From Escherichia coli (GTDB lineage: Bacteria > Pseudomonadota > Gammaproteobacteria > Enterobacterales > Enterobacteriaceae), in assembly GCF_003019035.1 (NCBI RefSeq), contig NZ_CP027447.1: DNA of 64,000 bases, one strand, 5' to 3'. The notes under the pieces were generated by a model, which saw only the letters and a program-made list of their open reading frames with translations, searched no databases and was not told the DNA's origin. Of the stretch, positions 1-12,600 are shown in pieces (positions within the stretch are counted from its first letter, which is position 1; the number at the start of each line of letters is the position of its first letter). Position numbers and translations under genes: made by a program.

Positions 1-1
1 C

Positions 2-538
2 GAACAACGCTGGCAGCGAATTTTACATATCCAACAACAACTGGCTGGTGAGCAGGTAGCGCTCTCTGATGAAGTCAACCAGTCGGAACAAACAACCAAC
101 TTCCATAACCGGGCCATTGCCTGGCTGCTGTACTCCGCCGGATATCTCTATTGTGATGCAATGGAAGCCTGTGACGTGTACACCCGTCAGTGCTCCACGC
201 TCATCAATACTGTTGAACTGGCAACGCTTGGCGCGACGCTGGCGGCGGGGGGAGTGAATCCGCTGACGCATAAACGCGTTCTTCAGGCCGACAACGTGCC
301 GTACATTCTGGCCGAAATGATGATGGAAGGGCTGTATGGTCGCTCCGGTGACTGGGCGTATCGCGTTGGTTTACCGGGCAAAAGCGGTGTAGGTGGCGGT
401 ATTCTGGCGGTCGTCCCTGGCGTGATGGGAATTGCCGCGTTCTCACCACCGCTGGACGAAGAAGGCAACAGTGTTCGCGGTCAAAAAATGGTGGCATCGG
501 TCGCTAAGCAACTCGGCTATAACGTGTTTAAGGGCTGA
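2..538 (+). CDS. glsA: Glutaminase, C-terminal part (5' end lies outside the window)
   Basis: Frame 2 is open from the window start to the stop at 538; the translation matches my recollection of the glutaminase YbaS C-terminus and sits directly upstream of ybaT as in K-12. Confidence 0.8.
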   Translation, partial: EQRWQRILHIQQQLAGEQVALSDEVNQSEQTTNFHNRAIAWLLYSAGYLYCDAMEACDVYTRQCSTLINTVELATLGATLAAGGVNPLTHKRVLQADNVPYILAEMMMEGLYGRSGDWAYRVGLPGKSGVGGGILAVVPGVMGIAAFSPPLDEEGNSVRGQKMVASVAKQLGYNVFKG

Positions 539-540
539 TC

Positions 541-1833
541 ATGATGAACACGGAAGGTAATAACGGTAACAAACCCCTCGGTCTATGGAACGTCGTTTCC
601 ATCGGTATTGGGGCAATGGTGGGGGCGGGGATCTTCGCGCTGCTGGGGCAGGCTGCGTTGCTAATGGAAGCCTCGACCTGGGTCGCCTTTGCATTTGGCG
701 GTATTGTGGCGATGTTTTCCGGTTATGCCTATGCGCGCCTGGGGGCGAGCTATCCCAGCAATGGCGGTATTATCGACTTCTTTCGTCGCGGATTAGGCAA
801 CGGCGTCTTTTCGCTGGCGCTCTCGTTACTGTACCTGTTGACGCTGGCGGTAAGCATCGCCATGGTCGCCCGTGCTTTTGGCGCTTATGCCGTGCAGTTT
901 TTGCATGAAGGCAGCCAGGAGGAGCACCTTATATTGCTCTACGCGTTGGGGATCATTGCGGTGATGACGCTTTTCAACTCCTTAAGCAACCATGCGGTAG
1001 GGCGGCTGGAAGTGATCCTCGTCGGCATTAAAATGATGATCCTGTTATTGCTGATTATTGCCGGTGTCTGGTCGCTGCAACCGGCGCATATTTCCGTCTC
1101 TGCGCCCCCCAGCTCCGGTGCGTTCTTCTCCTGTATCGGGATAACCTTCCTTGCCTATGCGGGCTTTGGCATGATGGCGAACGCGGCGGATAAAGTGAAA
1201 GATCCGCAGGTCATTATGCCACGGGCGTTTCTGGTGGCGATTGGCGTTACCACGTTGCTTTATATCTCGCTGGCGCTGGTTTTGCTTAGCGATGTATCGG
1301 CATTAGAGTTAGAAAAATATGCCGATACCGCCGTAGCGCAGGCTGCTTCTCCGCTGCTCGGGCATGTGGGTTATGTGATCGTCGTCATCGGCGCTTTACT
1401 GGCGACGGCTTCAGCCATAAACGCGAACCTGTTCGCCGTGTTTAACATCATGGACAACATGGGCAGCGAACGCGAACTGCCGAAGCTAATGAATAAATCC
1501 CTGTGGCGGCAGAGTACCTGGGGCAACATCATTGTCGTGGTGCTGATTATGCTGATGACGGCGGCGCTGAATTTAGGCTCACTCGCCAGCGTTGCCAGCG
1601 CCACCTTTTTGATCTGCTATCTGGCGGTGTTTGTGGTGGCGATCCGCCTGCGTCATGATATTCACGCCTCGTTGCCGATTCTTATCGTTGGTACGTTGGT
1701 GATGTTGTTGGTGATCGTTGGCTTTATCTACAGCCTGTGGTCCCAGGGCAGCCGTGCGTTGATATGGATTATTGGTGCAATCTTACTCAGCCTTATTGTG
1801 GCAATGGTCATGAAGCGCAATAAAACCGTATAA
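541..1833 (+). CDS. ybaT: APC-family amino acid transporter
   Basis: 430-aa ORF with many hydrophobic helices, 2 nt after the glsA stop; synteny with glsA. Confidence 0.88.
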   Translation: MMNTEGNNGNKPLGLWNVVSIGIGAMVGAGIFALLGQAALLMEASTWVAFAFGGIVAMFSGYAYARLGASYPSNGGIIDFFRRGLGNGVFSLALSLLYLLTLAVSIAMVARAFGAYAVQFLHEGSQEEHLILLYALGIIAVMTLFNSLSNHAVGRLEVILVGIKMMILLLLIIAGVWSLQPAHISVSAPPSSGAFFSCIGITFLAYAGFGMMANAADKVKDPQVIMPRAFLVAIGVTTLLYISLALVLLSDVSALELEKYADTAVAQAASPLLGHVGYVIVVIGALLATASAINANLFAVFNIMDNMGSERELPKLMNKSLWRQSTWGNIIVVVLIMLMTAALNLGSLASVASATFLICYLAVFVVAIRLRHDIHASLPILIVGTLVMLLVIVGFIYSLWSQGSRALIWIIGAILLSLIVAMVMKRNKTV

Positions 1834-1844
1834 CACCTCTCTGC

Positions 1845-1877
1845 GCGCAGTACAGCCTGTACTGCGCCTTTGTCTTT
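1845..1877 (+). terminator. Rho-independent terminator after ybaT
   Basis: Perfect 10-bp stem gcgcagtaca/tgtactgcgc with a 3-nt loop, followed by ctttgtcttt. Confidence 0.6.
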
Positions 1878-2170
1878 AATTCAAATTACCTTTCTTATTC
1901 CTTTAATAAATAAGTCACAAAAAAATGATATATACGCGATAAATCTGTGATGCTAATCACTTATTACCGTGGATTATTCTTAATGCGTATGATGGTAATC
2001 TAAAAGTCGTAGTGTATTCTAAATAAATAACGTATAAGCTTTTTAGCTGCATTTCTTTGCCAATATCAATGATCGACAAAAGAGATGCACAAGTTATTAC
2101 CCTTCTTAATAAAATGAGACTGGTTATAAAAACCAGTTAAAATAATGACCTGGAAGGAAGTGACTTATCT

Positions 2171-3526
2171 ATGGCGCGATTCCAGTTTAAAAACAGTAAA
2201 AATAATGGACTTATTTTTTTTATAAGTTTTATTGTGATGGGAGAAGCTACAATTGCTGCACCGCTGCCACAATGGGCGAACGCCCCAGCGGTAACGCCAG
2301 TTGCCCAATTATCTTTACAGGAAAGTATATTACGCGCCTTTGCGCGAAATCCCGACGTCACTCAACAGGCGGCGCAGATAGGTATTGGCGAAGCGCAAAT
2401 TGATGAAGCCAAAAGTGCCTGGTATCCGCACGTTGGATTAACCGGCAATGCGGGACCGTCCCGACAAACGGACTCCAGTGGCAGGCTTGATAACAACGTT
2501 TCGTATGGCATAACCCTGACACAGCTGGTGTATGACTTTGGTAAAACTAACAACGATATCAAACTGCAAACTGCCGCCCGTGACAGCTACCGCTTTAAAT
2601 TGATGGCAACATTAACCGATGTTGCAGAGAAAACGGCAACTGCCTATATGGAAGTCAGTCGTTATCAGGCTTTGAGCGATGCGGCTCAACGCAATATTCA
2701 CTCGCTGGAAAACGTCTACAACATGGCGGCATTGCGCGCTAACGCTGGCCTGAACTCGTCGTCGGATGAATTACAGGCCCAGACGCGTATTGCCGGAATG
2801 CGCTCAACGCTGGAGCAATATCAGGCGCAGATGGCGAGCGCCAAAGCGCAACTGGCGGTGCTCACTGGCGTACAGCCGGAGGCGATAGCCGCGCCACCTG
2901 CTGAATTAGCCGAGCAGCCGGTCTCGCTGAAAAATATTGATTACCAGTCCATCCCACTGGTGCTGGCGGCAGAAAACTTACGCCAGTCAGCACAGTACGG
3001 TGTGGAAAAAACGAAAGCGCAATACTGGCCAACGCTCAGTATTCAGGGCGGCAAAACGCGCTACCAGACCAGTGACCGCTCGTATTGGGACGATCAGTTA
3101 CAACTGAACGTTAACGCGCCGCTGTATCAGGGCGGCGCAGTTTCAGCCCAGGTGCAACAGGCTGAAGGGCAACAAAAAATCTCTGCCTCGCAGGTCGAAC
3201 AGGCAAAACTGGATGTGCTGCAACGAGCGTCTGTGGCATATGCCAACTGGACAGGCGCACGGGGTCGCGAAGAAGCCGGTTTAGCACAATCCGAAAGTGC
3301 GCACAAAACGCGAGATGTGTACCAAAATGAATATAAATTGGGCAAACGCAGTCTGAATGATCTATTAACCGTCGAGCAAGATGTCTTTCAGGCGCAATCG
3401 GCTGAAATAAATGCCAATTATGATGGCTGGGTCGCCGCCGTAAATTATGCCGCTGCGGTGAATAACCTTATTCCATTAGCGGGAATTAAACAGGGCTTAT
3501 ACAACGACTTACCCGACTTGAAATAA
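2171..3526 (+). CDS. TolC-family outer membrane protein of a type I secretion system
   Basis: 451-aa ORF with an N-terminal signal-peptide-like segment and Q/A-rich coiled-coil-type composition typical of TolC-like proteins; first gene of a cluster with giant substrate, ABC transporter and HlyD-family adaptor. Start codon is uncertain. Confidence 0.75.
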   Translation: MARFQFKNSKNNGLIFFISFIVMGEATIAAPLPQWANAPAVTPVAQLSLQESILRAFARNPDVTQQAAQIGIGEAQIDEAKSAWYPHVGLTGNAGPSRQTDSSGRLDNNVSYGITLTQLVYDFGKTNNDIKLQTAARDSYRFKLMATLTDVAEKTATAYMEVSRYQALSDAAQRNIHSLENVYNMAALRANAGLNSSSDELQAQTRIAGMRSTLEQYQAQMASAKAQLAVLTGVQPEAIAAPPAELAEQPVSLKNIDYQSIPLVLAAENLRQSAQYGVEKTKAQYWPTLSIQGGKTRYQTSDRSYWDDQLQLNVNAPLYQGGAVSAQVQQAEGQQKISASQVEQAKLDVLQRASVAYANWTGARGREEAGLAQSESAHKTRDVYQNEYKLGKRSLNDLLTVEQDVFQAQSAEINANYDGWVAAVNYAAAVNNLIPLAGIKQGLYNDLPDLK

Positions 3527-3628
3527 TCCTGCCATTATTAATAGTGGGGCGTTGTTAAGTGATTACCTTTGTCTTATTTAGATAAATGGACTCGCTAAGG
3601 ATATGCGCCATTTATCAGGAATGCCATT

Positions 3629-6600
3629 ATGAGCCTGATTATTGATGTTATTTCGCGTAAAACATCCGTCAAACAAACGCTGATTAATCCTGGCGACGTC
3701 ACGGTTGTTATTTATGAGCCTTCCGTGGTGCAGGTTCATGCTCAGGCCTCTGCCGTTGCGCGTTACGTCCGTGAAGGAAATGACCTGCTGATCTATATGC
3801 AGGACGGCACGGTGATCCGCTGCAACGGTTATTTCCTGCAAGCGGCGAATACCGCTGAACAATCGGAACTGGTGTTTGCCGATGGACAACAGCTCACCCA
3901 CGTCACCTTTGCCGATACTGCTGCGGGTGGATTAGCCCCCGTAGAACTGACTGCCCAGACCACCGCGATTGAAAGCATTGCGCCATTTCTTGATACCGTT
4001 GCTCAGACCAGCACCTTCCCGTGGGGATGGCTGGCGGGGGCGGCGGTAGGCGGTGGCGCGCTTGGTGCACTGCTGGCAAGCGGTGGCGATGGCGACTCGA
4101 AAACAGAAGTGATTAATAACCCTCCGCCACCCGCTGAGCCTGGCAACGCCACACCATCATTTTTAGTTACCGATAATCAGGGCGATCAGCGCGGCATTCT
4201 CGCCACCAATGACATCACCGATGACACCACGCCAACCTTTAGCGGCAGCGGGCAGGCGGGGGCGACTATTCAGATTAAAGACAGTAACGGCAATACTATT
4301 GCCAGTACTCAGGTAGACAACAACGGTCAGTGGAGTGTCTCGTTACCCACGCAAAGTGCAGGTGAACATACCTGGTCAGTGGTGCAAATTGTCGGCAGTA
4401 CCATCACTGACGCCGGTTCGATAACGTTAACCATCGACAATAGTCAGGTCAGCGTGCAGGTTGCCACCACCGCAGGCGATAACATTATTAACGCCAGCGA
4501 ACAGGCCGCCGGGTTTACGTTTTCTGGCACCAGTAGCCATCTGGCGCAGGGAACAGAACTCACCGTTACGCTAAACGGCAAAACCTACACCACCAACGTA
4601 GGCGCTAACGGTGCCTGGAGCGTGCAGGTGCCGACCGCCGATGCACAGGCGTTAGGCGAAGGGAATCAAGCGGTGCTGGTCAGTGGGAAAGACGCCACAG
4701 GCAATACGGTCACTGGCGCGCAGCTGCTAACGGTCGATACCCAACCGCCAACGCTTGCCATCAACACCATCGCTCAGGACAACATCATCAGTGCTGCGGA
4801 ACATAACGTCGCGCTGGTACTGAGCGGCACGTCGAATGCAGAAGCGGGGCAAACCGTAACACTGACCGTCAACGGGAAAAGCCATACAGCAACCGTCGGT
4901 AGCGACGGAACCTGGCAAGTGACGCTGCCTGCCACGGAAGTCCAGGTACTGGCGGAGGGTAATTACGCTGTCAATGCCAGCGTCAGCGATCGGGCAGGGA
5001 ACAGCACCAGCCACAGCGCGAATTTCACGGTAGACACCTCAGCACCCGTGGTCAGTGTTAATACCGTGGCGGGCGACGATATTCTTAATAATGCCGAGCA
5101 GGCCGTCGCGCAGATCATCTCCGGACAAGTTAGCGGTGCTTCTCCTGGCGATACGGTAACGGTGAAATTGGGCACTCATGTCCTGACGGGCATCGTGCTG
5201 GCAGATGGCAGCTGGAATGTGGCACTGGACCCGGCGGTAACCCGCACGCTGGATCGCGGAGCCAATACGATTTTCGTCACCGTGACAGATGCTGCAGGAA
5301 ATACCGGCGCGGCGTCTCGGGCAATCACGCTGGTCGGTGTTTCTCCGTTGATCACCATTAACACCGTCTCCGGCGATGACATTATCAGTGGCGCAGAAAA
5401 AGGTGCGCCACTGACCCTTACCGGTAGCACTCAACAGGCCGAGACAGGACAAACCGTCACAGTAACCCTGGCTGGACAGAGTTTTACCACTACCGTACAG
5501 GCCGATGGCTCCTGGAGTCTGACGGTACCTGCCGCCGCGATGGGAAATCTGCCTGACGGCGCGGTGGCGATTACCGCTTCTGTGACGGATCTCAGCGGCA
5601 ATACCGGCAACACCTCCCGCACCATTACTGTCGACAGCCAGGCCCCGGCCTTAAGCATCGACTCGCTGACTGCCGATAACATCATCAACGCCGCCGAAAG
5701 CGGGCAGGATCTTCCCATCACCGGCACCACCGACGCCCAGCCGGGGCAGACGGTGACCGTTACGCTTAACGGGCAGACGTATCAGGGCATCGTGCAGTCA
5801 GACGGCACCTGGAGCGTGACCGTTCCCGCCGCCAACGTTGACGCACTGGCTGACGGCAATGCTACGGTCACCGCCAGCGTGAACGATGTCGCCGGTAACC
5901 CGAGCAGCGTTTCACGCGTGGCGCTGGTCGATGCCACGCCGCCGGGGGTAACCATTAATCCGGTGGCGACCGATAACGTCATCAATACGCCGGAACATGC
6001 TCAGGCGCAAATCATCAGCGGCACAGTCACCGGCGCGCAAGCGGGCGATATCGTTACTGTGACGCTGAATAATGTGAATTACACCACCGTGGTGGATGCT
6101 TCCGGCAACTGGAGTCTGGGCGTTCCGGCCTCGGTGGTCAGTGGGCTGGCGGACGGCAGTTATCCTGTCAGCGTCTCAGTAACCGATCGTGCCGGAAACA
6201 CGGGCAGCCAGTCGCTGACCGTCACGGTCGATACCGCCGCGCCAGTAATTGGTATTAACACCATTGCTGGCGATGATGTGATAAATGCCAGCGAAAAAGG
6301 GGCCGATCTCCAGATTACCGGTACCAGCGATCAGCCAGCCAATACCGCCATCACCGTGACGCTGAACGGGCAAAATTACACCACCACGACCGACGCCTCC
6401 GGCAACTGGAGCGTCACGGTTCCGGCATCGGCGGTAACCGCACTGGGTCAGGCCAACTACACGGTAACAGCGGCGGTGACCAGTAGTATCGGCAACAGCA
6501 ACACCGCCAGCCATAACGTGCTGGTCGACAGTGCGCTCCCCGGCGTGACCATTAACCCGGTGGCAACCGACGATATTATTAACGCCGCCGAAGCGGGTGT

Positions 6601-9600
6601 TGCGCAATCCATCAGCGGGCAGGTGACTGGAGCCGCCGTTGGCGACGCGGTAACCGTTACGCTGGGCGGTAATACCTACACCACCACCGTGCAGGCCGGT
6701 TTAAGCTGGAGCGTGAGCGTTCCTGCGGCAGATATTCAGGCGCTGGGCAATGGCGATTTAACGGTGAGTGCCTCGGTCACCAATCAAAACGGCAACACCG
6801 GCAGCGGCACGCGGGATATCACCATCGACGCCAATCTACCCGGTCTGCGGGTCGATACGGTGGCGGGCGATGATGTGGTCAATATCATCGAGCATGGGCA
6901 GGCGCTGGTGATTACCGGCAGCAGCTCGGGGCTGGCTGAAGGCACGCCGCTTACCGTCACGATTAATAATGTGGAATACACCACTGCGGTGCAGGCCGAT
7001 GGTAGCTGGAGTGTGGGCGTTACGGCGGTGCAGGTTAGCGCCTGGCCTGCGGGAACAGTTAATATTGCCGTATCCGGGGAAAGTAGCGCCGAAAATCCGG
7101 TGAGCATTACGCATCCGGTTATGGTCGATCTCACGCCGGCGGCGATCACCATCAACACCATCGCCACGGATGATGTGATTAACGCCACAGAAAAAGGCGC
7201 TGATTTAACCCTTTCTGGCACTACCACGAATGTTGAAGCAGGCCAGACGGTTACTGTGACCTTTGGCGGTAAAAACTACACTGCTACCGTGGCGAGCGAT
7301 GGTAGCTGGACCGCCACCGTACCTGCCGCCGATTTAGCGGCATTACCCGAGGGCAGCGCCTCCGCGCAGGCCAGCGTCAGCAATATCAACGGCAATAGCG
7401 CCTCGGCGGTGCATAACTACAGCGTCGATAGCAGTGCCCCGACCATCATTATCAATACCGTCGCCAGCGACAATATCGTCAACGCCAGCGAAGCCGATGC
7501 GGGTGTGACGGTGAGCGGCAGTACCACCGCTGAAGCGGGGCAGATTGTTACGGTAACGCTCAATAGCCCGACCGTGCAGACCTATCAGGCAACGGTGCAG
7601 GCCGATGGCAGCTGGAGTATTAACATTCCGGCGGCAGACCTTGAGGCATTGACCGATGGCAGCCACACCCTGACTGCTACGGTCAATGACAAAGCGGGCA
7701 ACCCGGCGAGCACCACGCATAATCTGGCAGTGGATCTCACCGTTCCGGTGCTGACCATCAACACCATGGCGGGCGACGATATTATTAACGCCGCCGAACA
7801 CGGGCAGGCATTGGTGATTTCCGGCTCCAGCACTGGCGGAGAGTCGGGAGATGTCGTCAGCGTCACGCTAAACAATAAAACCTACACCACGACGCTGGAT
7901 GCCTCCGGCAACTGGAGCGTCGGCGTTCCGGCGGCGGATGTCACGGCGCTGGGTAGCGGCCCGCAAACCATCACTGCCAGCATTACCGACGCGGCAGGCA
8001 ATAGCGATGATGCCAGCCGCACGGTTACAGTGAATCTGACCGCGCCGACCATTGGCATCAACACCATCGCCACCGATGACGTGATTAACGCCACCGAAAA
8101 AGGCGCGGATCTGCAAATTTCCGGCACCAGTAATCAGCCAGCAGGCACCACAATTACGCTGACGCTGAACGGGCAAAATTACACAGCGACGACGGACGCC
8201 GCAGGCAACTGGAGCACCATAGTGCCTGCTTCCGCAGTAGGTGCGCTGGGCGAAGCCAGCTACACGGTGACGGCGAACGTCACCGACAGCGCAGGCAACA
8301 GCAATTCCGCCAGCCATAACGTGCAGGTCAATACCGCGCTGCCTGGTGTCACCATTAATCCGGTGGCGAGCGACGATATTATTAACGCCGCCGAATCGGG
8401 CGTGGCGCAGACCATCAGCGGCCAGGTGACGGGCGCGGCGGCGGGCGATACGGTTACCGTAACGCTTGGCGGGAAAACCTACACCGCTACCGTGCAGGGC
8501 AATTTAAGCTGGAGCGTGGACGTTCCGGCGGCGGATATTCAGGCCATCGGTAATGGCGAGCTGACGGTTAATGCCTCGGTAACCAACGGTGTTGGCAATA
8601 CTGGCAGCGGTTCGCGCGATATTGTGATAGACGCCAACCTGCCGGGTCTGCGCGTCGATACCGTGGCGGGCGATGATGTGGTTAACAGCATCGAACACGG
8701 TCAGGCGCTGGTGATAACCGGTAGCAGCAGCGGGCTGGCAGCGGGCGCGGCGCTGACGGTGGTGATCAATAACGTCACCTATGGCGCGACGGTATTAGCC
8801 GATGGCACATGGAGCCTTGGCGTTCCGGCAGCAGACGTGGGTAACTGGCCTGCGGGGACGGTGAATATCACGGTTTCAGGTGCCACTAGCGCAGGAAACC
8901 CGGTCACCATCACCCATCCGGTCACCGTCGATCTGGCGGCGGTGGCGATCTCCATTAACACCATTTCCGGCGACGAAGTGATTAACGCCGCCGAAAAAGG
9001 GGCAGATTTAACCCTTTCCGGCAGTACTTCCGGCGTGGAAGCGGGGCAAACCGTCACTGTCACCTTTGGCGGCAAAACCTATACCGCTACCGTAGCGGGC
9101 GATGGCAGCTGGACAACCACCGTACCTGCCGCCGATCTCAGCGCGTTACGCGACGGCGACGCCACAGTACAGGCCAGTGTCAGCACTATTAACGGCAACA
9201 CGGCTTCGGCAACCCACGCCTACAGCGTCGACGCCACGGCCCCGACACTTACCATTAACACCATCGCCACCGACGATATTCTGAACGCCGCCGAGGCGGG
9301 CAATCCGCTAACCATCAGCGGCAGCAGCACCGCCGAAGCGGGGCAGACGGTAACCGTCACGCTTAATGGCGTGACTTACACCGGCACCGTCCAGGCGGAC
9401 GGGAGCTGGAGCGTCAGCGTGCCGACGGCAGATCTCAGCAATCTGACCGCCAGTCAGTACACCGTCAGCGCCTCGGTAAGCGATAAAGCGGGTAACCCGG
9501 CGTCCGCCACTCACGGGCTGGCGGTGGATCTCACCGTTCCCGTATTAACCATCAACACCGTCTCCGGCGATGACATTATTAACGCCGCCGAACACGGACA

Positions 9601-12600
9601 GGCGCTGGTGATCTCCGGTTCCAGCACTGGCGGCGAAGCGGGCGATGTCATCACCGTCACGCTAAACAGTAAAACCTACACCACCACGCTGGATGCTTCC
9701 GGCAACTGGAGCGTCGGCGTTCCGCTGTCAGATGTCACCGCGCTTGGCAGCGGCCCGCAGACCATCACTGCCACCATTACCGACGCGGCAGGCAACAGCG
9801 ATGACGCCAGCCGCACGGTCACCGTAAATCTCACCGCGCCAACCATTGGTATCAACACTATCGCCAGCGATGACGTGATTAACGCCACGGAAAAAGGCGC
9901 GGATCTGCAAATCACCGGCACCAGTAATCAGCCCGCAGGCACCACAATAACGGTGACGCTGAACGGGCAAAATTACACCGCTACCACCGATAGCAGTGGC
10001 AACTGGAGCGCCACGGTTCCAGCCTCGGCAGCTAGCGCGTTGGGTGAAGCCAACTACACGGTAACGGCGAGCGTTACCGACACGGCAGGCAACAGTAATT
10101 CCGCCAGCCATAATGTGCTGGTCAACAGCGCCTTGCCTGCCGTCACCATTAACGCGGTGGCGACCGATGACATTATTAACGCTGCCGAAGCGGGCAATGC
10201 GCAAACCATCAGTGGGCAGGTGACGGGTGCCGCGGCGGGCGACACAGTTACCGTTACGCTGGGTGGCAACACCTACACCGCCACGGTGCAGGCTAATTTA
10301 AGCTGGAGCGTTAGCGTGCCGGCGGCGGATATTCAGGCGCTGGGTAACGGCGACCTGACAGTTAACGCCTCGGTCACCAACGTCGTGGGCAACAGCGGCA
10401 GCGGCTCGCGCGATATCACTATCGACGCCAATCTGCCTGGCCTGCGGGTCGATACCGTGGCGGGCGATGATGTTATTAACAGCATTGAGCACAATCAGGC
10501 GCTGGTGATCACCGGGAGCAGCAGCGGATTAACGGCGGGAACGGCGTTAACGGTCGAGATTAACAACGTTACTTATGGCGCGACGGTATTAGCCGACGGC
10601 ACATGGAGCCTCGGTGTTCCGGCGGCAGACGTCAGCAACTGGCCTGCGGGTACGGTGGATATCACGGTAAGCGGCACCAACAGTGCCGGAACAACCTCCA
10701 CCATTACTCATCCGGTTACCGTCGATCTGGCGGCGGTTGCCATCACCATTAACACCCTGTCCGGCGATGATGTGATCAACGCCGTCGAAAAAGGCGAAAC
10801 GCTGGTCGTAAGCGGCAGCACCAGCGGTGTGGAAGCCGGGCAGACGGTGACCGTCACCTTTGGTGGCAAAAATTACACCACCACTGTGGAAGCAAACGGT
10901 AGCTGGACGGTGAATGTGCCGCCTGCCGATCTCGCTTCGCTGCCGGACGGCGCGGGCAACGTGCAGGCGAGCGTCAGCAATATCAACGGTAATACGGCAC
11001 AGGCGGAGCGGGTCTACAGTGTGGATGCCACCACGCCGCTTGTGACCATCAATACCATCGCCAGCGACGATATTCTCAACGTGAGCGAAGCGGGCGCGGG
11101 GATCACCATCAGCGGCACTACCACGGCGCAGGCCGGGCAGACGCTGACCGTCACGCTCAATAACAACACCTACCAGACCACCGTCCAGGCCGATGGCACC
11201 TGGAGCGTGAATGTTCCGGCAACGGATTTAAGCGGATTAACTGCCAGCAGTTATACCGTTACCGCCACGGTGAGTGACAAAGCGGGTAACCTGGCAAGCG
11301 CGGATCATGCGCTGGCGGTGGATGTCATCGCGCCGGATCTCACCATTAACACCGTCGCGGGCGATGACATCATCAACGCTATCGAACACGGGCAGGCGCT
11401 GGTGGTGAGCGGCACCAGCACGGGCGCGGCGGCAGGCGATGTGGTGACCGTCACGCTGAACGGCAAAAACTACACCACCACGCTGGACGCCTCCGGTAAC
11501 TGGAGTGTGGGCATTCCGGCGGCGGATGTCACGGCGCTGGCGACCGGTAGCCAGACCATCACCGCCAGCCTGAGCGATCGCGCGGGCAACAGCGACAGCA
11601 CGACTCACGATGTGACCGTTGATCTTAGCGGCCCGACGCTGACCATTAACACCGTCTCCGGCGATGACATCATTAATAATGCGGAGAAAACCCAGGATCT
11701 GATCATCAGTGGCGGCTCCAGCGGTCTGGCGACCGGCACCACGGTCACCGTGATGTTGAACGGCCTGGCGTACAGCGCCACTACCGACGGTTCTGGCAAC
11801 TGGAGCGTTACCGTGCCCGCTTCGGCGGTTGGCGCACTGGGCGAGGCGGTGTATCAGATTAGCGCCAGTGCCACCGACAGCGCGGGCAACAGCGGCAGCA
11901 CCACCCATACGGTGAATGTCGAATCGCTCCTGCCTGGGGTGATCATTAATACCGTGGCGGGCGATGACATTATCAATGCCGCTGAAATCGCTGTGGCGCA
12001 GACCATCAGCGGTCAGGTCACGGGAACGGCGGTTGCGGGGAATACGGTGATTGTCACCATTGGCGGCAATCAATACACCGCCACCGTGCAGTCAGATTTA
12101 AGCTGGAGCGTCAGCGTACCTGCGAACGTTTTGCAGGCGCTGGGCAACGGTGAACTGACCATCAGCGCCTCGGTGACCAATTCCGCAAATAATACCGGCA
12201 CCGCGACGCACGATATCGTGATAGATGCCAACCTGCCAGGTCTGCGCGTCGATACCGTGGCAGGCGATGATGTGATTAACAGCATTGAGCACGTTCAGGC
12301 ACTGGTGGTCACCGGTAGCAGTAGCGGACTGGCGGCGGGCGCGGCGTTGACGGTGGTTATCAATAGCGTCACCTACGGCGCAACGGTACTCGCCGATGGC
12401 AGCTGGAGCGTCGGCGTTCCGGCGGCAGATGTCACAAACTGGCCTGCGGGGACGGTCAATATTGCCGTCTCTGGCACCAACACCGCCGGAACAACAACCA
12501 GCATTAGCCATCCAGTCACGGTCGATCTCGCTGCCGTGGCGATTACCATCAACACCCTTTCCGGCGACGATGTAATTAACGCCGCCGAGAAAGGCAGTGA

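Noticed and set aside
585..908. 107-aa plus-strand ORF in another frame inside ybaT
   Set aside because: Nested entirely within the well-supported transporter gene; the translation is Arg/Gly/Cys-rich nonsense.
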